In this document: positions 38,580 to 48,250 of the stretch, one piece after another | Position numbering within the stretch: position 1 is the stretch's first letter | Layout: every line of letters begins with the position of its first letter | From: an uncultured Actinomycetota bacterium | GTDB lineage: Bacteria; Actinomycetota; Actinomycetes; Mycobacteriales; SCTD01 | NCBI GenBank assembly: GCA_963844295.1 | Contig: CAWJNR010000001.1 | Coordinates: forward strand, 82,801-146,800 | Direction of reading: 5' to 3' | Length of the DNA stretch: 64,000 nt | Position numbers and translations under genes: made by a program | Notes under the pieces: model-generated | What the model was told of the DNA's origin: nothing | The model's database searches: none | Seen by the model: the letters and a program-made list of their open reading frames with translations, nothing else

Positions 38580-39401
38580 CTACGCGCGCAGCTCCAGCGT
38601 GCAGCACTTGGCCGAGCCGCCGGCCTTCTGCAGCTCGCTGGTGTCGACCGGCACCGGCACGAAGCCGCGCGCCGTGAGCTCCGCGCGCAGGTCTACCGCC
38701 CCCGCGGACAGCACCACGTTGCGGCCGTCCGAGACGGCGTTGAGCCCGAACGCCGCGGCGTCCTCGTCCGTCGCGATCAGCGCGCCCGGGAACAGCCGGC
38801 GCAGGACCTCGCGGCTGCCCTCCGAGAACGCCGGCGGGTAGTAGGCGATCGTCTCGTCGTCGAGCACGGTCAGGCACGTGTCCAGGTGGTAGTAGCGCGG
38901 GTCGACGAGCTCGAGGCTGATGACCGGGACGCCCAGCAGCTCCTGCGCCTCGGCGTGCGCGGCGCGGCCGGTGCGGAAGCCCCAGCCGGCCAGCAGCCAG
39001 CGGCCAGCCAGGAGCAGGTCGCCCTCGCCCTCGTTCACCTCGCGGGCGTCGACCACGGCCTTCAGCCCGGCGCCGGCGAACCAGTCCAGGTAGGCCGGGC
39101 CCTCGGCCTGCCGCTCCGGGTGGGTGAAGCGGGCGCCGTACGCCACGCCCTCGACGACCAGGCCGCCGTTGGCCGCGAAGACCATGTCCGGCAGGCCGGG
39201 GAGCGCGTCGACGAGCTCGACCTCGTGGCCGAGGTCGGCGTACACCCCCCGTAGCGCCTCCCACTGCGCGACCGCGCGGTCGCGGTCCGCGCCCTTCGCC
39301 GCGTCCATCCACGGGTTGATCTCGTACGACACCTCGAAGTGGTCGGGGCGGCACATGAGGTAGCGGCGGGGGCGGGCGGTGCGGGTCGTCGAGGTCATGC
39401 C
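38580..39401 (-). CDS. Amidinotransferase-fold enzyme (dimethylarginine dimethylaminohydrolase-like)
   Basis: Intact from ATG 39401. Motifs: RRYLMCRPDHFEVSYEINPWM, GEGDLLLAG, YYHLDTCLTVLD and the C-terminal catalytic Cys region GGSAKCCTLEL. Confidence 0.82.
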   Translation of the reverse strand, partial: GMTSTTRTARPRRYLMCRPDHFEVSYEINPWMDAAKGADRDRAVAQWEALRGVYADLGHEVELVDALPGLPDMVFAANGGLVVEGVAYGARFTHPERQAEGPAYLDWFAGAGLKAVVDAREVNEGEGDLLLAGRWLLAGWGFRTGRAAHAEAQELLGVPVISLELVDPRYYHLDTCLTVLDDETIAYYPPAFSEGSREVLRRLFPGALIATDEDAAAFGLNAVSDGRNVVLSAGAVDLRAELTARGFVPVPVDTSELQKAGGSAKCCTLELRA

Positions 39402-39513
39402 GACGACGCTAGAGACGCCTCTTCGTGCAAGCAATCGCTGTGCGTTGCGCATGGGACGTGGTTCTCTTGCGCCTGCGCGCCGAATCCGGCGCTTCGTTGC
39501 GTCGGAGGACGAT

Positions 39514-39951
39514 GTGGACCAGATCGACCAGCAGATCCTCAGCTGCCTGCTCCGGGACGGCCGGGCCACCTACAACGAGATCGGGCAGTCGGTGGGGCTG
39601 TCGGCGCCGGCGGTGAAGCGACGGGTGGACCGGCTGGTGGCCCGCGGCGTGATCCGCGGCTTCACCGCCCTGGTCGACCCGGCCGCGCTCGGCTGGAGCA
39701 CCGAGGCGTACGTCGAGATCTTCTGCAAGGGGACGGTCGCGCCGGAGGCGCTGCGCAAGAGCCTGCTCGGCGTGCCGGAGGTCGTCGGGGCCTGCACCGT
39801 CTCCGGCTCGGCCGACGCTCTGCTGCACATGCTGGCCAGCGACATCAAGCAGCTGGAGCGGGCGATCGAGCGGGTCCGCGACGAGCCGAACGTCGACCAC
39901 ACCCAGAGCACGATCGTGCTGTCGCGGCTCGTGGACCGGCCGCGCTCGTGA
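39514..39951 (+). CDS. Lrp/AsnC family transcriptional regulator, divergent from the amidinotransferase gene
   Basis: GTG 39514 has GGAGG 5 nt upstream and gives VDQIDQQILSCLLRDGRATYNEIGQSVGLSAPAVKRRVDRLVARGVIRGFTALVDP.. (145 aa). In-frame ATG 39451 is a less likely start. Confidence 0.85.
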   Translation: MDQIDQQILSCLLRDGRATYNEIGQSVGLSAPAVKRRVDRLVARGVIRGFTALVDPAALGWSTEAYVEIFCKGTVAPEALRKSLLGVPEVVGACTVSGSADALLHMLASDIKQLERAIERVRDEPNVDHTQSTIVLSRLVDRPRS

Positions 39952-40008
39952 CCTGGCAGCCGAGGACGTAGCGTGCGTCACACCGCGAGACGCAGGAGGA
40001 CCTGAAGC

Positions 40009-41550
40009 ATGAAGGTGCCGTTCACGACCGCTGACTTCCTCGACCGGGCGGAGCAGTGCTACCCGCTGCGCACCGGCGTCGTCGACGAGCCCGCTCCGCA
40101 CCAGGACGGCGGCCTCGGCAGCCTGACCTACGGCGAGCTCGCGGAGCGGGCGCGGGGCATCGCCGCCGGGCTGGACGAGCTCGGCGTGGGGCGCGGCGAG
40201 CGCGTCGCCGTCGTCAGCCACAACAGCGCCCGCCTGCTGGAGCTGTTCTTCGGCGTGACCACCTGGGGCCGCGTGCTGGTGCCGGTCAACTTCCGGCTCA
40301 GCCGCGACGAGGTGGCCTACATCGTCGAGCACTCCGGCGCGACGGTGCTGCTCGTGGACCCCGAGCTCGACGAGGCGCTGGCCGACGTGACCGCCACGCA
40401 CCGCTACGTCCTCGGCAAGGACTCCGACTCCGCCCTGCTGCGACCCGGCGTCGCACCCGTCCCGTGGGACGACCCGAGCGAGGACGACACCGCCACGATC
40501 AACTACACGTCCGGCACGACCGCGCGGCCCAAGGGCGTGCAGATCACGCACCGCAACCTGTGGGTCAACGGGGTGACCTTCGCCCTGCACGCCGGGGTGA
40601 CCGACCGCGACGTCTACCTGCACACGCTGCCGATGTTCCACGCGAACGGCTGGGGGATGCCGTTCGCGCTGACGGGGCTCGGCGTGCCGCAGGTCGTCAT
40701 CCGCAAGATCGACGGCGCCGAGATCCTGCGCCGGGTCGAGAAGTACGGCGTGACGGTCATGTGCGCGGCGCCCGCGGTGGTGGCGTCCGTGCTCGAGGCG
40801 GCTGCGGAGTGGGAAGGCGAGATCCCGGGGCGGGACCGCACCCGGGTCATCGTCGCGGGCGCGCCGCCGCCCAGCCGGACGATCCAGCGGATCGAGGAGG
40901 AGCTCGGCTGGGAGTTCATCCAGATCTACGGCCTCACCGAGACGACCCCGCTGCTGACGGTCAACCGGCGCCGCGCCGAGGAGGACGCGCTGGAGCCGGA
41001 GGAGCGCGCCCGCCGGCTCGGCCGGGCCGGCATGCCGGCGCTCGGCACCCGCATCGCGATCAGCGACACCGGCGAGGTGCTCGCGCGCGGCAACACGGTG
41101 CTCGAGGGCTACTGGCAGCAGCCGGACGCGACAGCCGATGCGCTCGACGGCGGGTGGTTCCACACCGGTGACGGCGGGACGCTGGACGACGAGGGCTACC
41201 TCTCGATCAGCGACCGCAAGAAGGACGTGATCATCACCGGTGGGGAGAACGTCTCCTCCATCGAGGTGGAGGACTGCCTGTTCAGCCACCCGGCCGTCGC
41301 CGAGGTCGCGGTCATCGGCGTCCCGTCCGAGAAGTGGGGCGAGACCATCAAGGCCCTTGTCGTTCTGGCCGAGGGCGAGACCGCCGACGAGGCCGAGCTG
41401 ATCGCGCACTGCAAGAAGCGCCTGGCCGGCTACAAGGCGCCCACGTCGATCGAGCTGCGCGAGGCCATCCCGCGCACCGCCACCGGCAAGATCCAGAAGT
41501 TCAAGCTCCGCGACGAGTACTGGAAGGGCCGCGAGCGCCGGATCAACTGA
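40009..41550 (+). CDS. AMP-dependent acyl-CoA synthetase/ligase
   Basis: Intact 513 aa. AMP-binding motif INYTSGTTARPKGV, plus YGLTET, GWFHTGDGG and the C-terminal PRTATGKIQK. Confidence 0.9.
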   Translation: MKVPFTTADFLDRAEQCYPLRTGVVDEPAPHQDGGLGSLTYGELAERARGIAAGLDELGVGRGERVAVVSHNSARLLELFFGVTTWGRVLVPVNFRLSRDEVAYIVEHSGATVLLVDPELDEALADVTATHRYVLGKDSDSALLRPGVAPVPWDDPSEDDTATINYTSGTTARPKGVQITHRNLWVNGVTFALHAGVTDRDVYLHTLPMFHANGWGMPFALTGLGVPQVVIRKIDGAEILRRVEKYGVTVMCAAPAVVASVLEAAAEWEGEIPGRDRTRVIVAGAPPPSRTIQRIEEELGWEFIQIYGLTETTPLLTVNRRRAEEDALEPEERARRLGRAGMPALGTRIAISDTGEVLARGNTVLEGYWQQPDATADALDGGWFHTGDGGTLDDEGYLSISDRKKDVIITGGENVSSIEVEDCLFSHPAVAEVAVIGVPSEKWGETIKALVVLAEGETADEAELIAHCKKRLAGYKAPTSIELREAIPRTATGKIQKFKLRDEYWKGRERRIN

Positions 41551-41587
41551 GGTCGCCGGAGCACCCGGCGGCTGCGAGGCTCGTCGG

Positions 41588-43063
41588 GTGACCACCCGCC
41601 GCTGGCTGTTCGCCGACCAGCTCGGCCCGCAGTTCCTCGACGACGCCGATCAGCAGGCGCTGCTGGTGGAGTCGCGATCGGTCCTGCAGCGCAGGCGGTT
41701 CCACCGCGCGAAGGCCCACCTGCTGCTGTCCGCGCTGCGCCACCGGGCGGCCGAGCTCGGCGACGCGGCGGTGTTCCTGCAGGTCGACACCTACGACGAC
41801 GCGCTGCGCCAGGTCGACGAGCCGCTGTCGGTGGTGCAGCCCACGTCGTACGCCGCCGACCGGTTCGTGCGTGCGAAGGGCATCGAGGTGGTCCCGGAGG
41901 GACGGGGCTTCGCGACGACGCGGGAGGACTTCGCGACCTGGTCCGGCGGGCGCAAGCGCCTGCTGATGGAGGACTTCTACCGCTGGCAGCGGGTCCGCTA
42001 CGACGTGCTGATGGACGGCGACGAGCCCGCCGGTGGCCGCTGGAACCTCGACCACGACAACCGCGAGCCGCCGCCCCGCCGCGAGCGGTTGGGCCTGCCC
42101 GAGCCGTGGTGGCCGGGCGAGGACGAGATCGACGCGCAGGTGCGCGAGGACCTCGACCGGTGGGAGCGCGACGGCTCGGTGTCCTTCGTCGGCGACGACG
42201 GACCGCGCTGGGCGCCCGCGACGCGCTGGGAGGCGCAGGCCGCGCTGGCGCACTTCGTCGAGCACCGCCTCGCGGACTTCGGTCCGACGGAGGACGCGAT
42301 GCTCGCGGCCGACCCGTGGATGGCGCACAGCGCGCTGTCCCCGGCGCTGAACCTCGGGCTGCTGCACCCGCTGGAGTGCGTGCACGCGGCCGAGCAGGCG
42401 TACCGCTCCGGCGGGGCGCCGCTCAACAGCGTGGAGGGCTACGTCCGCCAGGTCCTCGGCTGGCGGGAGTACGTCTGGTCGCTGTACTGGCAGGTGCCCG
42501 AGGGGTACCGCGACCGCAACCACCTGGACGCGGGCCGCGACCTGCCCGAGTGGTTCCGCGCGCTCGACGCCGGGTCGGAGGTGACGGCGAACTGCCTGTC
42601 GTCGGTGCTGCGCGACCTGCGCGAGCGCGGCTGGGTGCACCACATCCCGCGGCTCATGGTGCTCGGCAACTACGCCCTGCAGCGCGGCTGGGACCCGCGC
42701 CAGCTGACGACGTGGTTCCACGAGGCGTTCGTCGACGGCTACGACTGGGTGATGCTGCCGAACGTCACGGGCATGAGCCAGCACGCCGACGGCGGCTGGA
42801 TGACGACCAAGCCGTACGCCTCGGGCGGCGCGTACGTCAACCGGATGAGCGACTACTGCGGCGGCTGCGCGTACGACCCGAAGGTGCGGGTGGGGGAGCG
42901 GGCCTGCCCGTTCACGGCCGGCTACTGGGCCTTCCTCGAGCGCAACCGGGAGCGCCTGTCGGGCAACCACCGGATGCGGCAGCCGCTCATGGGGCTCGAC
43001 CGGCTGAAGGACCTCGACGAGCTGGTCGTGCAGGAGCGCGAGCGGGGCGACGCCCCGCCCTGA
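41588..43063 (+). CDS. Cryptochrome/photolyase-family protein of the Fe-S (FeS-BCP / PhrB-like (6-4) photolyase) type
   Basis: Intact 491 aa. It resembles the 'deoxyribodipyrimidine photolyase-related protein' family (WLFADQLGP.., RRFHRAKAHLLLSALRH, HIPRLMVLGNYAL). The C-terminal cysteine pattern is NCLSS .. YCGGCAYDPKVRVGERACPF. Confidence 0.8.
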   Translation: MTTRRWLFADQLGPQFLDDADQQALLVESRSVLQRRRFHRAKAHLLLSALRHRAAELGDAAVFLQVDTYDDALRQVDEPLSVVQPTSYAADRFVRAKGIEVVPEGRGFATTREDFATWSGGRKRLLMEDFYRWQRVRYDVLMDGDEPAGGRWNLDHDNREPPPRRERLGLPEPWWPGEDEIDAQVREDLDRWERDGSVSFVGDDGPRWAPATRWEAQAALAHFVEHRLADFGPTEDAMLAADPWMAHSALSPALNLGLLHPLECVHAAEQAYRSGGAPLNSVEGYVRQVLGWREYVWSLYWQVPEGYRDRNHLDAGRDLPEWFRALDAGSEVTANCLSSVLRDLRERGWVHHIPRLMVLGNYALQRGWDPRQLTTWFHEAFVDGYDWVMLPNVTGMSQHADGGWMTTKPYASGGAYVNRMSDYCGGCAYDPKVRVGERACPFTAGYWAFLERNRERLSGNHRMRQPLMGLDRLKDLDELVVQERERGDAPP

Positions 43064-43066
43064 GGG

Positions 43067-44119
43067 TCAGCTGTGCGGGACCTCGAAGACCAGCAGGGCC
43101 ACGTCGTCCGGGGTGCCGCCGTCGGGGTAGGTGCGCAGCTGCTCGCCGAGGGCCGCCAGCGCGGCCGGCAGCCCGTCGAGCAGCAGCGCGTCGCGCGCCG
43201 CTTCCGCCAGCGGGAAGAACCGGCCGTCGCGGCGTGCCTCGACGGCGCCGTCGGTGAACAGCAGCACCCGGTCGCCGGGCACGACGTCCACCGCCACCGG
43301 CGCAGCCGGGGCCCCGAGACCCAGCGGCAGCGCCTCGGGCAGCTCGAGCTCGGTGACGACGCCGTCCCGCAGGCGCAGGGGGTGCGGATGACCGCACCCC
43401 AGCATGCGCACCCCGTCGCGGCGGACCTCGACCAGGACCGCCGTCACGAAGTCCTCCGGCCCGGCGTCCCGTCGCACCGCGGCGTGCGCCGCGTCCGCCA
43501 CCCGCTGCAGGTCGGGCTCGCGGTGCGCCGCCTCGCGGAAGGCCCCCAGCGTGGAGGCCGCCAGCCGGACCGCCTCCAGGCCCTTGCCGCGCACGTCGCC
43601 GATCACCATCCGCACTCCGTTCTCGGTCTCGACGGCGTCGTAGAGGTCCCCGCCGATCCGGGCCGCCTCCGACGCGGACACGTAGGTCACCGCGAGCGGG
43701 ATGCCCTGCAGCGAGGGGGGCAGCGGACGCAGGATCGCGCGGCTGGCGGCGTCTGCGGCGCCCTGCACCGCGAGCAGGTGGTGCTCGCGACGCTCACGGC
43801 TCCGGGCGGCCAGCGCGCCGAGGACGATCGCTGCGGCGATGCAGGCGAGCCGGACGTACTGCGGGGGCGTGTCGCCGTCGTCGGCGAGGAACCCGATGAG
43901 CAGGCCGCTCAGCCAGGCGACGACCCCGAGCACCACCACGCCGGCGACCCCGGTGAAGGTGGCGGCCAGGAACGGCACAGCGACGAGCAGCCCGACGTAC
44001 TGCGTCTTGTCCCGCCCGGCGGCGACGTCGGCCAGGACGATCCCGGCCGTGAGGGCGAGGGCCGCGCCGACACCCGCCCAGGAGACGTCGCCGGACCGTC
44101 GCACGCGCGCCTCCTCCAC
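43067..44119 (-). CDS. Membrane-anchored PP2C/SpoIIE-family serine phosphatase
   Basis: Intact 350 aa. It has N-terminal TM helices. The catalytic region reads IGGDLYDAVETENGVRMVIGDVRGKGLEAV..GCGHPHPL..LLFTDGAVEAR. Confidence 0.85.
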   Translation of the reverse strand: MEEARVRRSGDVSWAGVGAALALTAGIVLADVAAGRDKTQYVGLLVAVPFLAATFTGVAGVVVLGVVAWLSGLLIGFLADDGDTPPQYVRLACIAAAIVLGALAARSRERREHHLLAVQGAADAASRAILRPLPPSLQGIPLAVTYVSASEAARIGGDLYDAVETENGVRMVIGDVRGKGLEAVRLAASTLGAFREAAHREPDLQRVADAAHAAVRRDAGPEDFVTAVLVEVRRDGVRMLGCGHPHPLRLRDGVVTELELPEALPLGLGAPAAPVAVDVVPGDRVLLFTDGAVEARRDGRFFPLAEAARDALLLDGLPAALAALGEQLRTYPDGGTPDDVALLVFEVPHS

Positions 44120-44187
44120 CGGTCGCCGAGGACACGGCGCCCCATCAGCCTGGCACGCCGAGGTCAGGCCGGTCGTACGGTGCCGTC

Positions 44188-44703
44188 GTGACGACGAGCG
44201 TGGTGCTGCTCCGCGGGGTGAACCTGGGTGCTCGCAACCGGATCGCGATGGCCGACCTGCGCGCGCTGCTGGAGGGCCTCGGGTGCACGGACGTTCGGAC
44301 CCACCTGGCCAGCGGCAACGCGGTCGTCGGGACGCGACGCTCGCCGGCCTCGCTCGAGAAGGCCGTGGCGGCTGCGCTGGCCGACCGCGGCCTGCCGGTC
44401 GCGGTGATGGTGCGGACGGCGGACGAGCTCGCGCAGGTCGTCCGCGACTGCCCGTGGGACGGGCTCGACCCCAAGCGGCTGCAGGCGGCGTTCCTGTCCG
44501 GGGAGCCGGATCCGGCTGCGGTGGCGGCGATCGACCACGAGGCGCTGCTGCCCGAGCGCGTGCACGTGGGGGACCGGGTGCTCTACCTCGACCAGGCGCC
44601 CGGCATTCGCAACAGCAAGCTCAACGACCTGCGCCTCGGGGTGCAGGCGACGGCGCGCAACTGGCGGACCGTGCTCGGGCTGCACGAGCTGGCGTCCCGC
44701 TAG
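44188..44703 (+). CDS. DUF1697 family protein
   Basis: Intact 171 aa. The N-terminus VVLLRGVNLGARNRIAMADLRALLEGLGCTDVRTHLASGNAVV is typical of DUF1697. Confidence 0.8.
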   Translation: MTTSVVLLRGVNLGARNRIAMADLRALLEGLGCTDVRTHLASGNAVVGTRRSPASLEKAVAAALADRGLPVAVMVRTADELAQVVRDCPWDGLDPKRLQAAFLSGEPDPAAVAAIDHEALLPERVHVGDRVLYLDQAPGIRNSKLNDLRLGVQATARNWRTVLGLHELASR

Positions 44704-44712
44704 GTTGCCGCC

Positions 44713-45306
44713 GTGGAGTTCTCCGAGGTCCTGCGCCGGCGGCGGATGGTGCGCCACTACACCGATCAGCCGCTGTCGCCCGAGGTCGTGGAGCGCGTGC
44801 TCGACGCCGCGCTCCGGGCGCCGTCCGCCGGCTTCTCTCAGGGCTGGGCGTTCCTCGTGCTGACCTCGCCGGAGGACCGGGCCCGCTTCTGGCCGTTCGT
44901 CCCGACCCGCGCCACGCAGACGCCGACCATGATGGACGCGCCGCTGGTCGTCGTCCCGCTGGCCCACGAGGCGGCGTACGTCGACCGCTACGCCAAGCCG
45001 GACAAGGCGGCCGCCGGCGTGAAGGAGTGGCCGGTGCCGTTCTGGTACGTCGACACGGGCATGGCCGCGCTGTGCATGCTGCTGACCGCCGTCGACGAGG
45101 GGCTCGGCGCGTGCCTGTTCGGCATCCAGGCCGAGCAGCGCGCCGGCTTCAAGGCCGAGTTCGGCATCCCCGACGCGTACGAGCCGGTCGGCGGCATCAC
45201 CATCGGCTACCGCCACCCCGACCTCGCACCGCAGGACGCCGCCTCGATCGGGTCGCGGCGGCGGGCCAAGGACGAGGTCGTGCACCGGGGGCAGTGGCGC
45301 GGGTAG
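44713..45306 (+). CDS. Nitroreductase family protein
   Basis: Intact 197 aa. RRRMVRHYTDQPLSPEVVERVLDAALRAPSAGFSQGW is the canonical nitroreductase N-terminus. Confidence 0.82.
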   Translation: MEFSEVLRRRRMVRHYTDQPLSPEVVERVLDAALRAPSAGFSQGWAFLVLTSPEDRARFWPFVPTRATQTPTMMDAPLVVVPLAHEAAYVDRYAKPDKAAAGVKEWPVPFWYVDTGMAALCMLLTAVDEGLGACLFGIQAEQRAGFKAEFGIPDAYEPVGGITIGYRHPDLAPQDAASIGSRRRAKDEVVHRGQWRG

Positions 45307-45388
45307 GTCGGGGGATGTCGGACGGGCCGGCGGGGCTTGGTCGGCAGACCGTGCAGCTCATGCAGCCGCCGCTACCGGGCACGACCGG

Positions 45389-45700
45389 TCATGCGTCGGG
45401 CAGGCCCTTGCCGCCGAGGACCGTCAGGACGCTGCGGCCCGACATGCCGGCGATGACTGGACGTGCCTTCCCGATCAGCTCGCCGACGCCGGGTGCCTGC
45501 AGGGAAGCGTCGTGAGCGGCTTCATCGGTCCACAGCTCGGTGATCGCCACCTCGTCCGCGTCCTCTGTCGTCGAGACCAGGTACATCAGGCAGCCTGGTA
45601 CCGCACCCATGAGAGCGGCCGCTTCGAGCATGTGGGCGACGAGCTCGTCGCGCTTGCCGGGCGCTGCCAGGAAGCCGCCGGTCAGTCCGTAGAGGGGCAT
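45389..45700 (-). CDS. Antibiotic-biosynthesis-monooxygenase (ABM/Dabb) domain protein
   Basis: 103 aa from ATG 45700: MPLYGLTGGFLAAPGKRDELVAHMLEAAALMGAVPGCLMYLVSTTEDADEVAITELWTDEAAHDASL. The longer track ORF (to 46291) looks like a spurious upstream extension. Confidence 0.7.
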   Translation of the reverse strand: MPLYGLTGGFLAAPGKRDELVAHMLEAAALMGAVPGCLMYLVSTTEDADEVAITELWTDEAAHDASLQAPGVGELIGKARPVIAGMSGRSVLTVLGGKGLPDA

Positions 45701-45944
45701 GCCGCAGTCTGGCAGAGGCAAGGGGATGCAGCCGCCGTTCACGGTGGCCTGGCTGCACGGGCGCGATGGCGTCCAACGGGGCTGATCTCGGTAGGTGAGG
45801 CCATGCGAGCGGGAGACGCCCCGCATGAGGCAATGCTGGTCTCTGAGCGGACCGGTTCTTCCTGAGCAACGCACGAACGGCACCAGACGCCGAGTGGTGC
45901 GGCTACACGTGGGCGTACGGTACGCCGAGTCGGGAGCGTGGCAC

Positions 45945-46376
45945 ATGGTGGAGCCGGTGAGCAGGCGAGGGCTGCTGTTCGCCGCGGCTTCCAGCGCCCT
46001 CCTGACGGTCGCCGGCCTGTGGTGGGCGCTGGGCTCCTTCTCGACGTCGTGCAGCCAGACGGCACAGCAGGCTCCCGACGGCACGATCACGACGTTCGGT
46101 GGGTGCTCGCCGGCGCCGTCCCAGTACGAGAGCCACGGCTTGGTGGCGGTTCTGTGGCTGGGACTCCCAGCGCTGCTGGCGGTGCTGGCCATGGCGCTCT
46201 CGCCGCTCGCTCGGCTTCGCGCACCGGCACGGTGGGCCGTTGGCGTTCCGGTGCTGCTCCTCGGCGTCTTCACCGCCTTCACACCCTTCATGTTCTTGTT
46301 CTTGCTCGCGGGCGGGCTGATGGTTCTGGCAGCCGTCTACGCGAATGACCCGCCTGCCGTTGAGTCGACCGTCTAG
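45945..46376 (+). CDS. Hypothetical membrane protein (about 4 hydrophobic segments)
   Basis: ATG 45945 has GGGAG 8 nt upstream. Sequence: MVEPVSRRGLLFAAASSALLTVAGLWWAL..LVAVLWLGLPALLAVLAMAL..VPVLLLGVFTAFTPFMFLFLLAGGLMVLAAVY. G+C is locally lower. Confidence 0.6.
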   Translation: MVEPVSRRGLLFAAASSALLTVAGLWWALGSFSTSCSQTAQQAPDGTITTFGGCSPAPSQYESHGLVAVLWLGLPALLAVLAMALSPLARLRAPARWAVGVPVLLLGVFTAFTPFMFLFLLAGGLMVLAAVYANDPPAVESTV

Positions 46377-46573
46377 GACAAGCCGGCAGAAGCGATCGCT
46401 ACCTGGCGCTTTCGCGCGTACGCGGCGGCTCCGGACGCAGGGTGGCGCGTTGGCTGGTCCGTGGATGCGCCTCGGTCCACACCAGCGCGCGACACGCCTT
46501 CAGCGATGAGATCGCCTCCGCACAGGCGCTTTCGATGTCCAGTTCTGTCAGAGGGCGTCTCTATCGTCGTGGC

Positions 46574-48250
46574 ATGGCAGTCGGTCAGCAGGTGCTCTCG
46601 GGGGTCGCGTCCCTCGAGCGGCTGCGCGCTGCGGAAGACGATCTGGGCTCGGTGGTGGCGGACGAGGGTGCGGTGCACGTCCGCAAGCTGCAGGCGGTGC
46701 TGGCACTGCACCGCGAGCACGAGGCCGACGGCCGGGCGCTGTCGGCGGTCCCGGAGGCGGCGCGGTTCCTGCGCTGCTCGGAGTGGCGGGCGAACCGGTT
46801 GCTGGACGAGGGCCTGTTCCTGACCGCCCTGCCCGGCGCGCTGGACGCGATCTGCGTCCGGGGTGCTGACGGTGGAGCAGTCCTCGATCGTGGTCACGCA
46901 GCTGCGCGCGGTCGCCGACCTGGACCGGCGGCTCGTGCTGTGGCAGCGGTTGCTGGACCGGCTGCGCCGTCCTGAGGGTTCGGCGTTGCCGCCGTCGCGG
47001 CTGCGGGAGCTGCTGCAGCGCTGGATCGCCTCGTCCGACCCGGCCGATGCCGAGCAGCGACGCAAGAGCGCGCAGGAGGAGCGGCGGGTGGAGTACCGCC
47101 GCCGCGACGACGGCCTGGTCGACATCCTGCTCTTCGGCATCGCCGCCCCCATCGCGCAGGCGGTGCTGCAGCGGATCCGGGACGCCGCGCAGCCGGTCGG
47201 GTTGTTCGACGACCGACTGGCCGATCAGCGCCGGCTGGACGCCGCGGTCGACCTGCTCCTGGGCCGCACCGGCGGCACCTGCCCGGCCGCGACCGGCACC
47301 GGAGGCAGCTGCGGCTGCCGGCCCGGCACCCCCGTCCCGTGCGGCGCCGATGTGAAGGTCCTGGTCCCGCTCGGGGCGGCGCTCGGCACGACCGATGAGG
47401 TCGCGACGCTGGCTGGGCACGGCCCGCTCGAACCGGATCTGCTGCAGGCGCTGCTGCGCAACGGCCCGCAGCTGCGGCCGGTGTTCGTCGACGCGAACGG
47501 CGTCCCGGTCAGCCTCGGCCCCCGCCAGGCCACGCCGCCGCGGGACGACGAGCGGGCGTTGCGGGAGGCGCTGCTGCACCTGGCCGGCTCACCCCCGGGC
47601 CAGTTCCACCCACGCCACCCCGACGACCACCCACCACCAGCAGGCCCCGCAGTCCCGAACACCGAGCCCCTTCCAGGGCTGAGCCCTGCCCCGACCTCCC
47701 TCGCACCCGCCGGGCACGCCCGGTCCGTACGCGGTCACCGGGTTGCTGCGGGAGCTGATCTTCCTGCGCGCCCCGTTGTGCGAGTTCCCGGCGTGCGGGG
47801 TGAAGGCCGAGGCGTGCGACGCCGAGCACGACCTGGCCCACCCGGACGGTCCGACCTGCGCGTGCAACCTCGGGCCGTGCTGCCGCCGGCACCACCGGAT
47901 GAAGCAGCAGGGCTGGACCAAGACCCGCCAGAGCGACAGCGGCGTGCTGTGGACCAGCCCCACCGGCCGGCCGCTGGCTCAGCCCCTCGCAGCACCAGCC
48001 CCCGGCCCCGCCCGTCCGGCCACTACCGGCCATCCCGGCGCCGGACCCGCTGGACGAGCTCAGCCCGACCTTCGCCGACGACGAGCTCTGGCTGCTCCTC
48101 GACCGCCCCGACGACCCCGACGCCTGGGAGCTCCGCGCCACCGACCTCGAGCCGGGCGAGGACGACCCCGACCCGCTCGGCGCGGACACCCGCTGGACGC
48201 TCGACCTCACCGACCCGTACGCCTGGACCGACCAGCCTGCGCTCGCCTGA
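46574..48250 (+). CDS. DUF222 / HNH-endonuclease-motif protein (13E12-repeat-like family), frameshifted as assembled (about 3)
   Basis: The N-terminal DUF222-like region starts at ATG 46574. The HNH/zinc motif is RAPLCEFPACGVKAEACDAEHDLAHPDGPTCACNLGPCCRRHHRMKQQGW (track ORF 47743..). The acidic tail ..DPYAWTDQPALA ends at stop 48248-48250. Junctions lie near 46865, 47730 and 47985. Confidence 0.75.

Noticed and set aside
46574-48250. The HNH-motif gene read as part of a defence or restriction system or a mobile element.
   Set aside because: - There is no adjacent methyltransferase, ATPase, helicase, integrase or terminal repeats.
- The neighbours are unrelated housekeeping-type enzymes.
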